Assembly: GCF_009834535.1 (NCBI RefSeq) | Contig: NC_045697.1 | Location: 79,114,001-79,178,000 of the forward strand | DNA from: Camelus ferus | Taxonomy: Eukaryota | Direction of reading: 5' to 3' | Length of the DNA stretch: 64,000 bases | In this document: positions 52,101 to 63,732 of the stretch, one piece after another | Numbering within the stretch: the stretch's first letter is position 1 | How the letters are laid out: each line of letters starts with the position of its first letter | Position numbers and translations under genes: made by a program | The notes under the pieces: generated by a model | Database searches by the model: none | Told to the model about the DNA's origin: nothing | What the model saw: only the letters and a program-made list of their open reading frames with translations

Positions 52101-53941
52101 CCTGGAAGGTGGGGGGGAGGGTCTCTCTAGCAGGCTGACAGTAAATGGCCACTAATGTGAACAATCTATTTGTGTCTCTTACTGGTAAATCAAGTATCCT
52201 GCCTGGGCAATTGTCATATAAATGAATTCTCTAGCTGTGATTAGTTAAATGCATAAATCTTATCAGAATACACTTGTCTGTTGTCTTTACTGATACCCAT
52301 GCCCAAATGGAGGGTTGGGGAAGTGATATTGTATCCATTCAGTATAATATCCTACAGATTCATTTAAGGTATGTGTATTAATATGTTCCTTTTTGTTGCT
52401 AAGTAGTATTCCATAGACTGAATACTTAGTTTTTTAAACATTTTGAGTTGAATTTTAAAGACTATTTTATAAATATATTTGTTTGATTTCAGGGGCTGAA
52501 GTTGAGAAAGAAAATACAGCCATTATTCAGGAAGTTATTCAGGCATTCCACCAGAATTCACTGATGGAAGACTATTGGGACAAATATATCCTCATGCACT
52601 CGATTACAAAAAAACTACTAAGACTCAAATAAGGTCAAAATTAGTTAAGAAGCAGGGCTAAGACTGAAACCTGGGTCGGTCTAGAATTCAGGAAGCAAAA
52701 AAATGAGGTCAAAGAATATTTTATCATGAATAACAATTTTCTAAAATATAACAATTTTCCTAGGTAAATCAAAACAGGCTAAAAATTGACATGTGTGGTT
52801 AGTATTAAAGCATCCTACCTACTAGACCAGGTGTTTACTAAGCCACGCCTTATATCCGATTTTAAGGCCAACTGCAGACAAAACCTGTTTTAAAGGAAAA
52901 CTTGAAGAGGGTGCCGCAAACTCTCTCATAGTAGCTGTCGTTTCCCATCTACCACAGTTCTAGGAAGCACACTTCGATTAGCAAGGCTAGTGTCCTTGAA
53001 AAAACCTTATCCTTCTAACATTTCCTCCGGACCCCAGCTGCCTCTCCGAATATCTGAAAACCTGATTTTAAACAAAACAAAACGTCAGTAAGGCACCGTT
53101 AATTAATTTCTCCACAATGTTGACAGTATGGAGACTGAAACGCAAACTAGACACCAGAAAATAAAAAATTCTTGTTTCTTCAAAACAACCACAATCAGTT
53201 CCTTGGCTCTATTTCCCACTTATGATGTAATATAAACAAAACCTAAGCACACACCTCACAGAGAAGTGCCCCCTTCACATTTGACGACTCCTGGCCTGAG
53301 GCTCTAGGTAAGCCGCTCACAAGGCTTTGGGCAAAGTTCGAAAACTGTGTGGGAGACACTCCAGACCCATAGCGGGGAAACTGCAAGGATAAAAGATTTC
53401 CCAGGTAGGTCACGGTCCAGTAAAACAAACTTCCACACCCAGGAAATAAGCTCCGTGCAAGGCAGAGGGTTCGTACTCGGGAGCTGCCGGAATTGACGTC
53501 AGAGCCGCTCGCCGGAGGAGGCGGAGCGGCCGAGGGAGCGACCTATTGGAGCCCGGGAGAGGTAGGGGGTGTGGCGGCGTCGGCGGCGAGGCGCAGACCT
53601 AGGTGCGCGGGAGGGCGGGGCCTGGGCGGGCGACTCGCTGGGACTGGTCTCCTTCAGCGGCAGGAGGCGGTCACTCGAGCTGGGCTAGGGGCCTGAGGCG
53701 AGCGAGGGGCCATGAGGACCGCGAGGGAGTCCAGAGCCCGCAGCCCGGCCCTCCTCACTGGCGCGGCGGCGACTCGGCGGCCGCTGGAGTAACCGCTGCC
53801 TTTGTTCCTGGCTCCTGTCCCTCTCGTCGCCCCAGTTCCTGACGCCGCCGCGCTCCTGCCGGCCCGCCCTTGGTACCAGAACCTCCATTCGGCTCGTGCC
53901 GCGCGGATGCGGCTGCCGGGCCTCGGTTTGGGCTTTGAGCG

Positions 53942-53960
53942 GGAGGAGGAGGAGGAGGAG
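53942..53960 (+). repeat. (GGA)6 trinucleotide repeat in the AP1AR 5' leader
   Basis: ggaggaggaggaggaggag. Confidence 0.9.
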
Positions 53961-53983
53961 CGGCGGCGCCTAGGCGGCATGCA

Positions 53984-54066
53984 ATGGGGAACTGCTGCTG
54001 GACGCAGTGCTTCGGGCTTCTCCGCAAGGAAGCGGGGCGGCTGCAGCGTGTAGGAGGCGGCGGAGG
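53984..54066 (+). CDS. AP1AR: AP1AR (gadkin / gamma-BAR, C4orf16) first coding exon
   Basis: ATG at 53984 gives MGNCCWTQCFGLLRKEAGRLQRVGGGG plus gg|GTAAGC (phase-2 donor at 54067). This matches the recalled human AP1AR N-terminus with its acylated Cys cluster. Synteny with FAM241A agrees. Exon 2 was not found in the window. Confidence 0.96.
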
Positions 54067-56929
54067 GTAAGCCCACTGGGGGAGGGGCCCGGCGGCCTCT
54101 GGCTCCTCCTATTCTGCCCCTGGCGAGGAACCCCTTTCACTCCCCTGAAGGCTTAGCGGAAGCCGGGCTCCCCGCTACCCTCACCGGTGAGCAGGCGTCG
54201 AGTGAGTGGTCCTAGTGGAGGCCTTGGTCTGGAAGGGCCTCCCAGGGCGAGAGCTAGAGAAGGGGGTGGGGTGTCGCTCCTACAGCCTCCAAGCGAAACT
54301 CCCGCCGGGCGCGCTGTCACGAGGGGAGTCATGATCTCTAGGAAGCACTGGGGCACTGTCCCACGAATGGGCAGTAGAACAGGACCCACAGCAACCTGAA
54401 CACATCCTACGTTGAGCTTGAGTTTAATGCCAAAGATGATGGTAGGTCTTGTATCTGATCCTCCCTTTGGCTCTGACAGAGCAGATGGAGAATCTGGCTC
54501 CAAAAAGTGATGTTTCTGAGATTTTTTAGTAGAGGTCATTTGGATGCTGGAGTGAAGTAAGATCCCAGACATTCAGTAATCCTTTGATGCGTACAGAGAC
54601 TTGCAAACTGCTGGGTTCCTTTCCCAGTGTGCATTCAAATTCTTGGTGCTTACAACAAGAGGAGCAGTATGTAGCTTTTTCAGCTTGATCTTTTTGGAGT
54701 TTGGAGTGGAATGCCATACCGTGATTGCTACCCAGAAGCTCTGTAACGCTAGGGAAATCAGTCCTTCTGAGCATCAATACTCTTGATAAACTCTCCAACA
54801 TGCAAAGATTTTTCTACTCGTACCATCCATAGAATAATAGAATTTTATAATTATTCCGTTTTTGTCTTTTTTATTTCATAGGGTATTGAAAAACTTAAGT
54901 TTCTTTGAAATTGGATTTGTTGTTATTGTTAAATATCTCCCAGGAATTCAAACTTAGAATTGAAAATCTGAGCCAAGCCACTTTTATAAGGAATAAGATT
55001 TATTAATTTTGCGCTTTCTGGAACAGATTGCTAAATTTTCAGGATCTGTCCCATTTAACCAACATCATTAGGTAATAAGATGTTCAACATACACATACTG
55101 AAGCCACATGATTTACCATTTGGATATTTTGGTGATGTAGCTCTTATGATATATGAGTCACTCATTACGTCATCAGGCATTGTGCCACCTCTCTGATACA
55201 AAGTAGGTAAGTGTCCCAGATGGAAAAGTAAAGATTTAAAGATTTTGTGCCTACTTTAGTATTTTGGTTTCCCTGACCTAAGGGCTGTTACAGGGGAACA
55301 TGACAGCTGTTTTATCTTGTAAGCTAGAGTCATCTAATTTACTTCTAATTTTTGTGTATGGGTGCTCTCATATAGTCAAGCTACGTAAATAGGCTTGCCT
55401 ACAGACTAGATGCCACAAAATCCTTGGCTTTGTTAATATATTTGTTTATTTGTAGTTGTGTTGTAGGGTAACTGTAAAAATAGAGTCTTATGCTCAAATT
55501 AGGTAAGTAAAAATCCTTTGTATTTGACTTTGGAGTACATTGATATCTGTGGGATTTTTGTATTGTTTTGTTTTTTCACAGTGATTTTACAAATTAAAAA
55601 TGTTTTCCTTAGAGTATAGCATTAAAATTACAGGTTTTACACCCTGAGCACATGAACTTGGCAATATAGGGAAGGGACAGGAAAAATCAGTGAATTGTGG
55701 TGTTAATTCTAGATATGCCATAAAATCATAAAAGTTGGATCTGTACCTTCTGGTTATGGGCAAAACTTGAACAAACAAGTCCTGTTGAGACAATGTGAGT
55801 CTGGGTTGTGGACACTGTCATCTAAAACCATATAATAGTGATATCCATCCTTTTGTTTTAATCCATAAACATAGGTTCTGAAAGTTCCCCAGTTGAATCT
55901 TCTGATTAATTCATTGTTTTATATTCATTTTAACATTTTAGGAGCTCCTAATAAACATACAGAGACAGATGAATGTAGTTGTTACTTACAAAATAAGATT
56001 GAACTCTACTTCCCATTTTAGTAATTGCCTTTTTTTTTTGTAATCACCTGGTAGTTCTGATTTTCTTTCAGGTATAGATCTAGATATTTAGTAGTTCATC
56101 TAAGGGCAAAAAAGTTTAGGAGCAATCACAAAAACTTGACGTGATTTATATTTTTCAAAGTAGTGACCATAAGTGAAAGAATCCTGGGTTTTCTTAGAGT
56201 TAAGGTATGTCAGAAACTTTGCTACTAATAAAGTTATATGGTGATTAAAACAGAGGGAGCTAAGTATCTTTAGGGAATAACATTTAGACATCCTAATGAG
56301 TCATCCTTTTTTACTATAGGGAGTTTTGCCTACTCACATTCTGAAGGGCTCCATCTGCTGGTCAGTTCCCCTTTTTTCTTGGATGGTAGTAGAAATCTTG
56401 CATAGACCCTTAACAATAGTTTTTCTTTCTCAAACTGAAGATCCAATTATGTTTTGTTGTGTTGTATTTTAATTCCCTTTTTTATCTTATAATTCCACAC
56501 AATGGTTCCAGTTAAGATGTACTCTAGTTTTATATAAAGGTATTTCATGCTTTGTATCCTTCTTGATATTTAAAAATTGTTGGCCTTTTTGGCTCCAGCA
56601 GCAAAGTTGCTGGATTTGCTGTTTTCTTCCTGGTGAAAATGATTTTAGTAATAGCTACCAACAATTGATTACTTCCTATATTCCAAGCACTGTTTTTATA
56701 TCTCATGGCTTTTTATTATACCTTAGAAACATTTTATTAAACATAAACATTATGAACAATTAGCTGCTGTATCTCTCAGTGCATTATCTTGTACTTTGTC
56801 ACCGGAAGATCTTATGCATTTATCTCAACAACTTGGCTCTTTATTCTGTGTAATAAGCTGTTTTCCTTTTTGTGAAACTATACACTTGACCCCTGCAATC
56901 ACTTTTATCTTATTTTCTTGTTCCTGTCT

Positions 56930-57600
56930 TGGCTATTCTCACTCTGCCTGCCCATTAAATATGGAATTTTCATCGGTCTTTTCTCCTATTTATTTAGTTC
57001 CCTTCACACCTATGCCTACCCCTGAAGAAATTTCATCCATTTCTATGGTTTCAACCACTACCACTTCCAAATCTCATGTCTTCTGAGCAAACCTCTTTTC
57101 AAATGTTCAGCACTATATTTTCAGTTGCCTACTGAAGAGATACACTTGAATGTTAAAAGGCTCCTCAAGTCAACTTATCTAAAATATCTAATATCTAATA
57201 TTGGTGTTCCAATAAATATCTGAAATAGTGCATTTTTCCCTCTAGATTTCTTTCTCTGCTTCATATATTCCCTAATCAATGATTAGGGATTCCCTTAACA
57301 CAGCTCCATTCAGTCTTCTATCCTGCAAACTTTATAGTCCTCTACAACTCTCATCAGCAATTCTGTCTTTCCTTAGTACATACTGAACCCGTTTCCTTCC
57401 TCTGTGCTTCTTCTCTAAACTTTGTCTTTCAAGTCCGCTGGTCACTGGCTTCTAGACTGTTATACCTATTATATCTCTTATACTTCAGGCCATCTTCCCT
57501 TCCTGTCAGTGGAGTTAAGCTTTCTAAAACCCATACAAGATCATGACATTCCCTTGACTAACAATTTCCAGCTGCAAACTATTTCCTACAGCTAGGTTGC
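56930..57600 (+). mobile_element. L2 fragment (AP1AR intron 1)
   Basis: ttcagttgcctactgaagagatacacttgaatg...ctcctcaagtcaacttatctaaaa. Confidence 0.6.
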
Positions 57601-58287
57601 TCAGCCTTTTTTCCCCTTCTTTGACAGATGATAAGTTGCATGACATTCAAATGGGCAACATAATGTCCTTTTGAATACTTGGAATTATATGCAGTTCTGC
57701 ATTGGGGTAAGGTGTGTGATCTTACTCTTCGTTCTCTCATTCAGAAAATCATGTCAGAATACAAATCAGAACATTAAAAGGAAAACACCGAATCTATTCT
57801 AATTTCAAAAAATAACGCATTCGTAAACCTTAGTATTTTAATTTTTGATAAATGATAACCTTCCAATTCAGAGTAGTATCGAGTTCAGACTCCTGACAGG
57901 ATAACTTAATCTATTTTACCAGCTTAACTGCATTTTCTAATTATATTTTCTTTAGAGTATAGCCTTAAAATTGTAGATTTTACTCCTTGTGCACATGAGC
58001 CTGGCAGCATAGGCAGGGGAAGTCAATCAGTGAAAGTATTCCCTGCCATTCTTTCACTTGCCACATCCCCAATATCCTACATACTAGATGGACTGTGCTT
58101 GTTCCTGTTTTCCTGAAATACAGTATTCTCTCGTTCTGTGCCTTTATATGTGATATTTTTCTTCTTTCCTATTCTTGGTGAGCTTTTAATTATCCTTAAA
58201 TATTCCCTGTGAAACCTGCTCAAACCCCATGAGATAATATTATCTCCCTGAGGAAATAATATTTTCTGCAGGCTTAAATCTACTTTG

Positions 58288-58497
58288 TGGCAAGGATTGT
58301 AAACTTTTTCTGTAAAAATAATACACATTTTAGGCTTTGCAGGCCATAAGGTCTCTGTTGCTACTCAACATTTTATCAAAAAAGCAGCAACAGCCAGCCA
58401 GTATGTAAAATGTGACTGTGTTCCAGTAAAACTTTGTTTACAGAAACAGGCATTGGGGCAGATTTGGTCCATGGACCATAGTTTCCTGCCTCCTGGT
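58288..58497. mobile_element. MER58A
   Basis: aaactttttctgtaaaa...ttttaggctttgcaggccataaggtctctgttg...tgtgttccagtaaaactttgtttacagaaacagg. Confidence 0.8.
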
Positions 58498-58759
58498 ATA
58501 TACCATGTTATGGGTTGAGAGCTCCTCAAGGACTGTATAGAGTACTAACAAGAATTTTAAAATATTTTATCATAATACATATTACTAAAATACAGTAATC
58601 AATAGTGTCATTATTTGAGAGATTCAGTTTGGTTTTCTGCATGTTTGTCAGCTTTAAGAAATATATAAGTACAAGATGTTTCTCTTGAAATTTCAGAAGT
58701 TAGGATGGAAAACATTAGTAGACTTAAATGGATATGAATTTCTTGAAAACTCTATGTTA

Positions 58760-61080
58760 TACCTTAGAGGATCCCCAGAGCTCTGTACTGAACCTTACTC
58801 TGTTCTTCCTTATTTTCCTTCCTTAATGTACTTTCCCTGGGTGAAGGCATGAAAACATTTGGCTTTACCTACTACCTGCATACGAATGAGCTCCATCATC
58901 TGAGTCTGAACCCTGAATATCTAACTGCCTACTGAGTATTTCCCCTTGAGTATCAAACATAACCTCAAATTTACTTCGTAAAGTTGAGCTCATCTTTCTT
59001 TCCTTCTCATAGTTCTTTACCCCTTTTTTCTTTTTTTTAAGCCCTAGCCATTTTTACTACTTTGTGCCCTACTTTGTGAGTATTAAAACAATATATAGTT
59101 ACCAAAGCCATGAACGTGAGAATCATATTAAACTCCTCCCTTCACTCACCTTTCAAATCCAATTTTGTAGATTATACTTGTAGATTTTGTAGTTTATACC
59201 TTCTGAATGTCCCATTTCTTTCCAACCTGTACATCCTACCTGTCTTAGTACAGACCCGTCAGTCTTCTGTATTTGTAGCTCTGCCCTCTTGCCAATACCT
59301 TTGTGAGCTGTGCCTCTCTAATCTGAAAACCAAAAAGAAAGAAACACTAAACGTTACTTAGATTCCTGCATCTCCTTCCAGCTATTACCTGTCTCCAGTT
59401 TTTTCCCTTTAACAATTTAAAGAATTGTCTGGTCTTGATATCTCCATTTCATCATTTTTCACTCAGTCTTCAAGGTAAGCTAATGTTTACTCTCCTTCCT
59501 GCCCCCCACTCATAACATCAAAATAACCATCATAATCCAGTAGGTATTATTAGTCTTTACTGTACCTGATCTTTTAGCAGCATTTGATGCTGTTGACTCC
59601 TCTCTTAACTCCTGCAATTTCACATTCACTGTATTTTCCATCTACCTCCCTGGCTTGTGGACTTAACTAAATCCATCTTTCCTATTTCTTATGGATGTTC
59701 ATTTTCTTCACCTCAGCTATTAAATGTTATAGTCCTTTAAAACTTAACTAGACTTTTACCTTGCTATACTTTCCCTAAGTAGCATGCATATAGTCACTAA
59801 TCTACAAGCATCTTTGACACTGTTCCCCATCATCCAGTATTTCTAGTCCATCCCCAAAACCATATATATTTTTTTACCTCCTAAATAGCTTTTCATTCCA
59901 CCCACTTATCTCACTACTGTCACCTTATTCAAGCTGTCATCATTTCTTGCTTAGATTTACAATACCATGTGTTAAAATAGCATTCTTCCTCATTTATTAC
60001 TTTGACAATGTTTTATTTTCCTTCATAGCACTTATCACTGCATGACTTTGTAGACTGAGTATTTGCTTGTCTGTTACCTATTTCACCTTACTAGAGTATA
60101 AATTTCATGAGGTTAAGGACTTTAATTTATTTATTCCTATGTATCCAACACACAAAGTGTGCTTGCACATAGTAGGCACTCAGTGTTTGTTGACTGAGTG
60201 GATAGACTACCAGCTGGTCTACCCACATCTATTCCTGATGTTTTTCAGTTTATCCTGCAGTCTGGAGTCAAACGTGATCATAAATGCAAATCTGTGATAC
60301 AAATGCAGATTAAAATTCTTCTGTTGGTGGTTTACCATACTTTTAGGATAAAGACCGAAATCTTTAATGTAGCTTTCAAGACTTTGCAGTATCTTATCTA
60401 TTCTTTGCCTACTTCTTTTTTTTTTTATTTTTTATTTATTTATTTTTTTTGCCTCATTTGTATCACACTCTTCCTTGAATCAATTTTTTCCCTTTTTCCT
60501 TAGACAACTCCTACTCACTCATCTTTTAGATGCCAGCTCAAGGATTGTTTCCCACAGAAGCTTTCCCAGTCTGATTCCTACCTTCAGGGGATAAATTCTC
60601 ACACCAGGATGGAACCATCTTCCTTGTCTTCTCAGGACTTCCTCAAGTTATAATTATACCTGAAATAGTGTAATTATTTGGTTAATGTCTGTTTTCCACT
60701 CTCAGTGTAAAGGAAGAAGTTCATTCCTATTTTGCTTACTTTTGAATGCCCAGCTCCAAGTTATGTGCCTAGTATGTAGTAGATATTTATTAAGTATTTG
60801 TTGACAGAATTATCATATGCAGTCTTGATCTTTTCATTTCCCCTTGACTTTGGTAGCTACTGCTCCCTGAAACATTCCTTTCCACTACCTAGCTAATTCC
60901 TCCTCCTCTAGCCAATTTTTGATGCCCCTTATTTGGACATATCCCATTCAGAGCATCATAGTTGTTAATTTACCTGTGTGTCTGCTGCATTAGACTGTAA
61001 GCCTGTTGGATACGTGGGTCAATTTTTATTCACTGTTGTATTTTAAATATAGATATGTAGCTATGTCTGTCATTCAGGTA
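58760..61080 (+). mobile_element. Cluster of L2 fragments
   Basis: cagcatttgatgctgttgactcctc; acatagtaggcactcagtgtttgttgactgagtg; gtgcctagtatgtagtagatatttattaagtatttgttga. Confidence 0.7.
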
Positions 61081-63049
61081 TCCAGGGAAGTAAGAAGAAT
61101 TAGAAAGTTCAAAATCATAGACATGTAAGTGGCAACAGTTTCTAAAAGAGGAAGGTAGTCAGCAATTTGAGATGTTGCTTACAGCTTGCAGAGGATAAAT
61201 AAGAGGACTAAAAGACCTCTGAGGTCTCTTCTGGTTACTAGTTCCCTCTAAATCAGGCTCCTCTTAAAAGGCAATTAACTTTTTAACCCATATTTTTTGT
61301 CTTTAACATGCTTAACAGGAAGATTTGTCCCTCCTCTTCCAAAGAACTCAATATATATTTTGAATATCCATTCTTCGTAAGTTTACCTTCATTAGGGAGG
61401 AGTTTATTTAACAGTAAATATTATTACTTTATTATTACCACCTATGTCACTGCTGTCCCTACATGGAAAGTCTGTTGATGGATTATCTCTGGAGATTTGA
61501 ATAGTTAAACCTTCATTGAAGTATTTGATACTCATTTAAAAATGATGTGTCTGTCATCTTCAGTGTAATGTTTTTTTCCAGGCTTCTATTTGTAACCTTT
61601 CTAATCTTTTGTCCAGAAAAAAAGAGTCATGGGAAGCTTTTAATTTTTAATAGACTGTGGAACAATTTACCATGGTTCTTCATTATTTATTTATAATGTC
61701 AAACAAAATACAAGGAAAGACTTATTTTACTTTAACAGATATTATACAGGAGAATGTGAAGATGTAGGATTTGTGAGAATTTTTTAGTTATCTTTTACTA
61801 AAGTCACTTTTCTATAAAAGTATATTTGTCTACTTTGCAAATAACATATAGAAGCATAAAAAACTGCATTTTCAGTCTATTCTTGATGAGAATGATTTTA
61901 TCCTTAATAAAAGATTATCTTAATATCTGTCTTGATAACACTGATGAATAAATATATATGCAAGAATCTCCACTTTTATACTGTATTACTTTCAAACTCT
62001 TCCAAATTCCTTTACATGCCACCATCATGCAGAGTATGATAGCCTACCTTTTCTACCTCTTTAATATCCTTTACATATTTGAGTCCACTTTCACATCATT
62101 CTGCAATAGGAGAATGGTTATACAGAAACTTGGTTCATTTAGAGACAGCTCTCAGAGACATAAGGATTGTGTATAAATAAATGTCAGTGGATGACTTTGG
62201 AGAGCTCTAGATTTTTTTTTTTAAAGGAATATAGACTTCTGTTTTCTTTAAATCATTGTCCAGAGCCTCTTGGTTTCAGCTGCTCAACTTTTACCATAAC
62301 TAACTCACCTGAATATACATACTTTTGAATACAGTGGTTGGTTGCTGCTCATATTATTTCTTACCTCCCCCTTCCCTCCAGGGCATATGGCTATATTCAT
62401 GGAAGTTAAATGCACATGTGGTATGACTTTAACCATTTTTTCCACAGTTCAGCTTTATTTTATATGATACTGATATATTCCTAAAGGACTTTTCTAGCTT
62501 CTTACATCACTTTGTCCTTTATCCTTTTCACTCCTTGCACTTAAGTCTTATGTCTTGGATTTACTGTCTTGGATTTACTACATTTATTTTTTTTCTCTTG
62601 TACCTCCTTTCTTGACTTCTGCTTCTATTGTATTATGTCCCCATTGAGATTCTGACACTTCTCCCCATCACCTCTCATTTTCCAGTCCATCCCCCACACC
62701 AGATGATTTTTATCTTCTAAATATTTCTTTACTCTATCCACTTCTCTCATTGACAACACTCTAATCCAGGCTATCATCATTTCTTCCCTACGCCCAAAAT
62801 TTAATTGCATACATTATTCCCATTATTCCCTCACTCTCTGCATTTATCCCCACTCACTTCTCTAGGATTCACATGGTTCCTGACACTTGCAGGAACAGCT
62901 TCTTATGAGGACCCACATTTACTCCTCTAAGTTGAAGGAAATAATGGTGCTTCATTCCCCCTCTAGTCACTTTAAGTATAATAAACATTGATTGATTAAG
63001 TTTTTGATTTAGGGTAGTGATTCTTAACTGGAATATTCATTTAAGTCTC

Positions 63050-63730
63050 ATTTTCATACATGTAGCTCAGGTTCATTCATTTCTACTCCTTTGTAGTGTT
63101 TTATTGTGTGAATAAGCCATAATTAAATTAATCTTTTCCCCTGTTGATAAGCATTTAGAATATTTCAAGATTTTTTTACTATTACAAACTACTTCAGTTA
63201 ACATTCTTATAAATATTTCTTTGTACACATGTTCTAGAGATTTTTTAGGTATATATACTCAGAAATTGAATTGCTGGTTCGTAGCTCATACACATCTTCA
63301 AATTTACTAGAATATATCAAAATCTTCAAAGCAGTTATACCAGTTTATACTTTTGCAGACAGTGGGATTTCATTGTTCCATTTCTAACGCTTGGTATTAT
63401 CAGATATTTTTCCTAATCTCTTAATGTGAAATTCTATCTATTATTTGTATTAAAATTTTACTGTGTTTCTATATATCAGCAATAAACAGATAATGTATAT
63501 TTTAAAAATTACTTTCTGTGTAAGCAATTAAAAATACAAAAAACTAGGAATAAGTCGATAATAGATGTATAAGACCAAAACAACAGTTAAAAAAAAAACT
63601 AAATAAATGGAGGACAATACCATGTTCATAGACAGAAAGATCTGAATTCAGTGCAGTTCCAGCAGTTGGACTGAACTTAACCGGCTGATTACACCAATTT
63701 TTATGGAAGAGCAAAGGATGAAAAATCACA
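63050..63730. mobile_element. Two L1 fragments (minus about 63050-63450; plus about 63460-63730)
   Basis: ggtatatatactcagaaattgaattgctggttc; ctaaataaatggaggacaataccatgttcatagac. Confidence 0.75.
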
Positions 63731-63732
63731 TG

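Larger units (their letters stand above)
16790..52101 (-). pseudogene. Putative decayed multi-exon protein-coding gene (unitary pseudogene), product unknown
   Basis: Minus-strand candidate exons: 52101-~51910, 51412-51277, 50870-50758, 45339-~44630, 41598-41530, (donor at 38953), 37152-36925, 33538-33424, 33289-33152, 32810-32755, 32204-32104, 31974-31912, 29141-29044, 27051-26926, 23050-22859, 22512-22375, 22062-21943, 21465-~20740, 18524-~17780, 17110-17056. Most have AG acceptors and GT donors. Translations are protein-like with scattered stops. Confidence 0.55.
53470..54330. promoter_or_regulatory. CpG island / AP1AR promoter
   Basis: Sharp rise in GC and CpG. Perfect CRE TGACGTCA at 53494-53501, reverse CCAAT (ATTGG) at 53545-53549, GC boxes at 53613-53620 and 53624-53630, no TATA box. 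Confidence 0.9.

Noticed and set aside
16790..52101. Assigning a gene name or domain (e.g. HEAT or WD repeat) to the fossil gene
   Set aside because: No motif is recognisable with confidence; naming requires a homology search.
53493..54572. Multiple overlapping 67-140 aa ORFs on both strands
   Set aside because: Expected from stop-codon scarcity in a CpG island. Only AP1AR exon 1 and the ATG-initiated uORFs are supported.
62551..62580. 14-bp tandem duplication tgtcttggatttac
   Set aside because: Ordinary microduplication in an intron.
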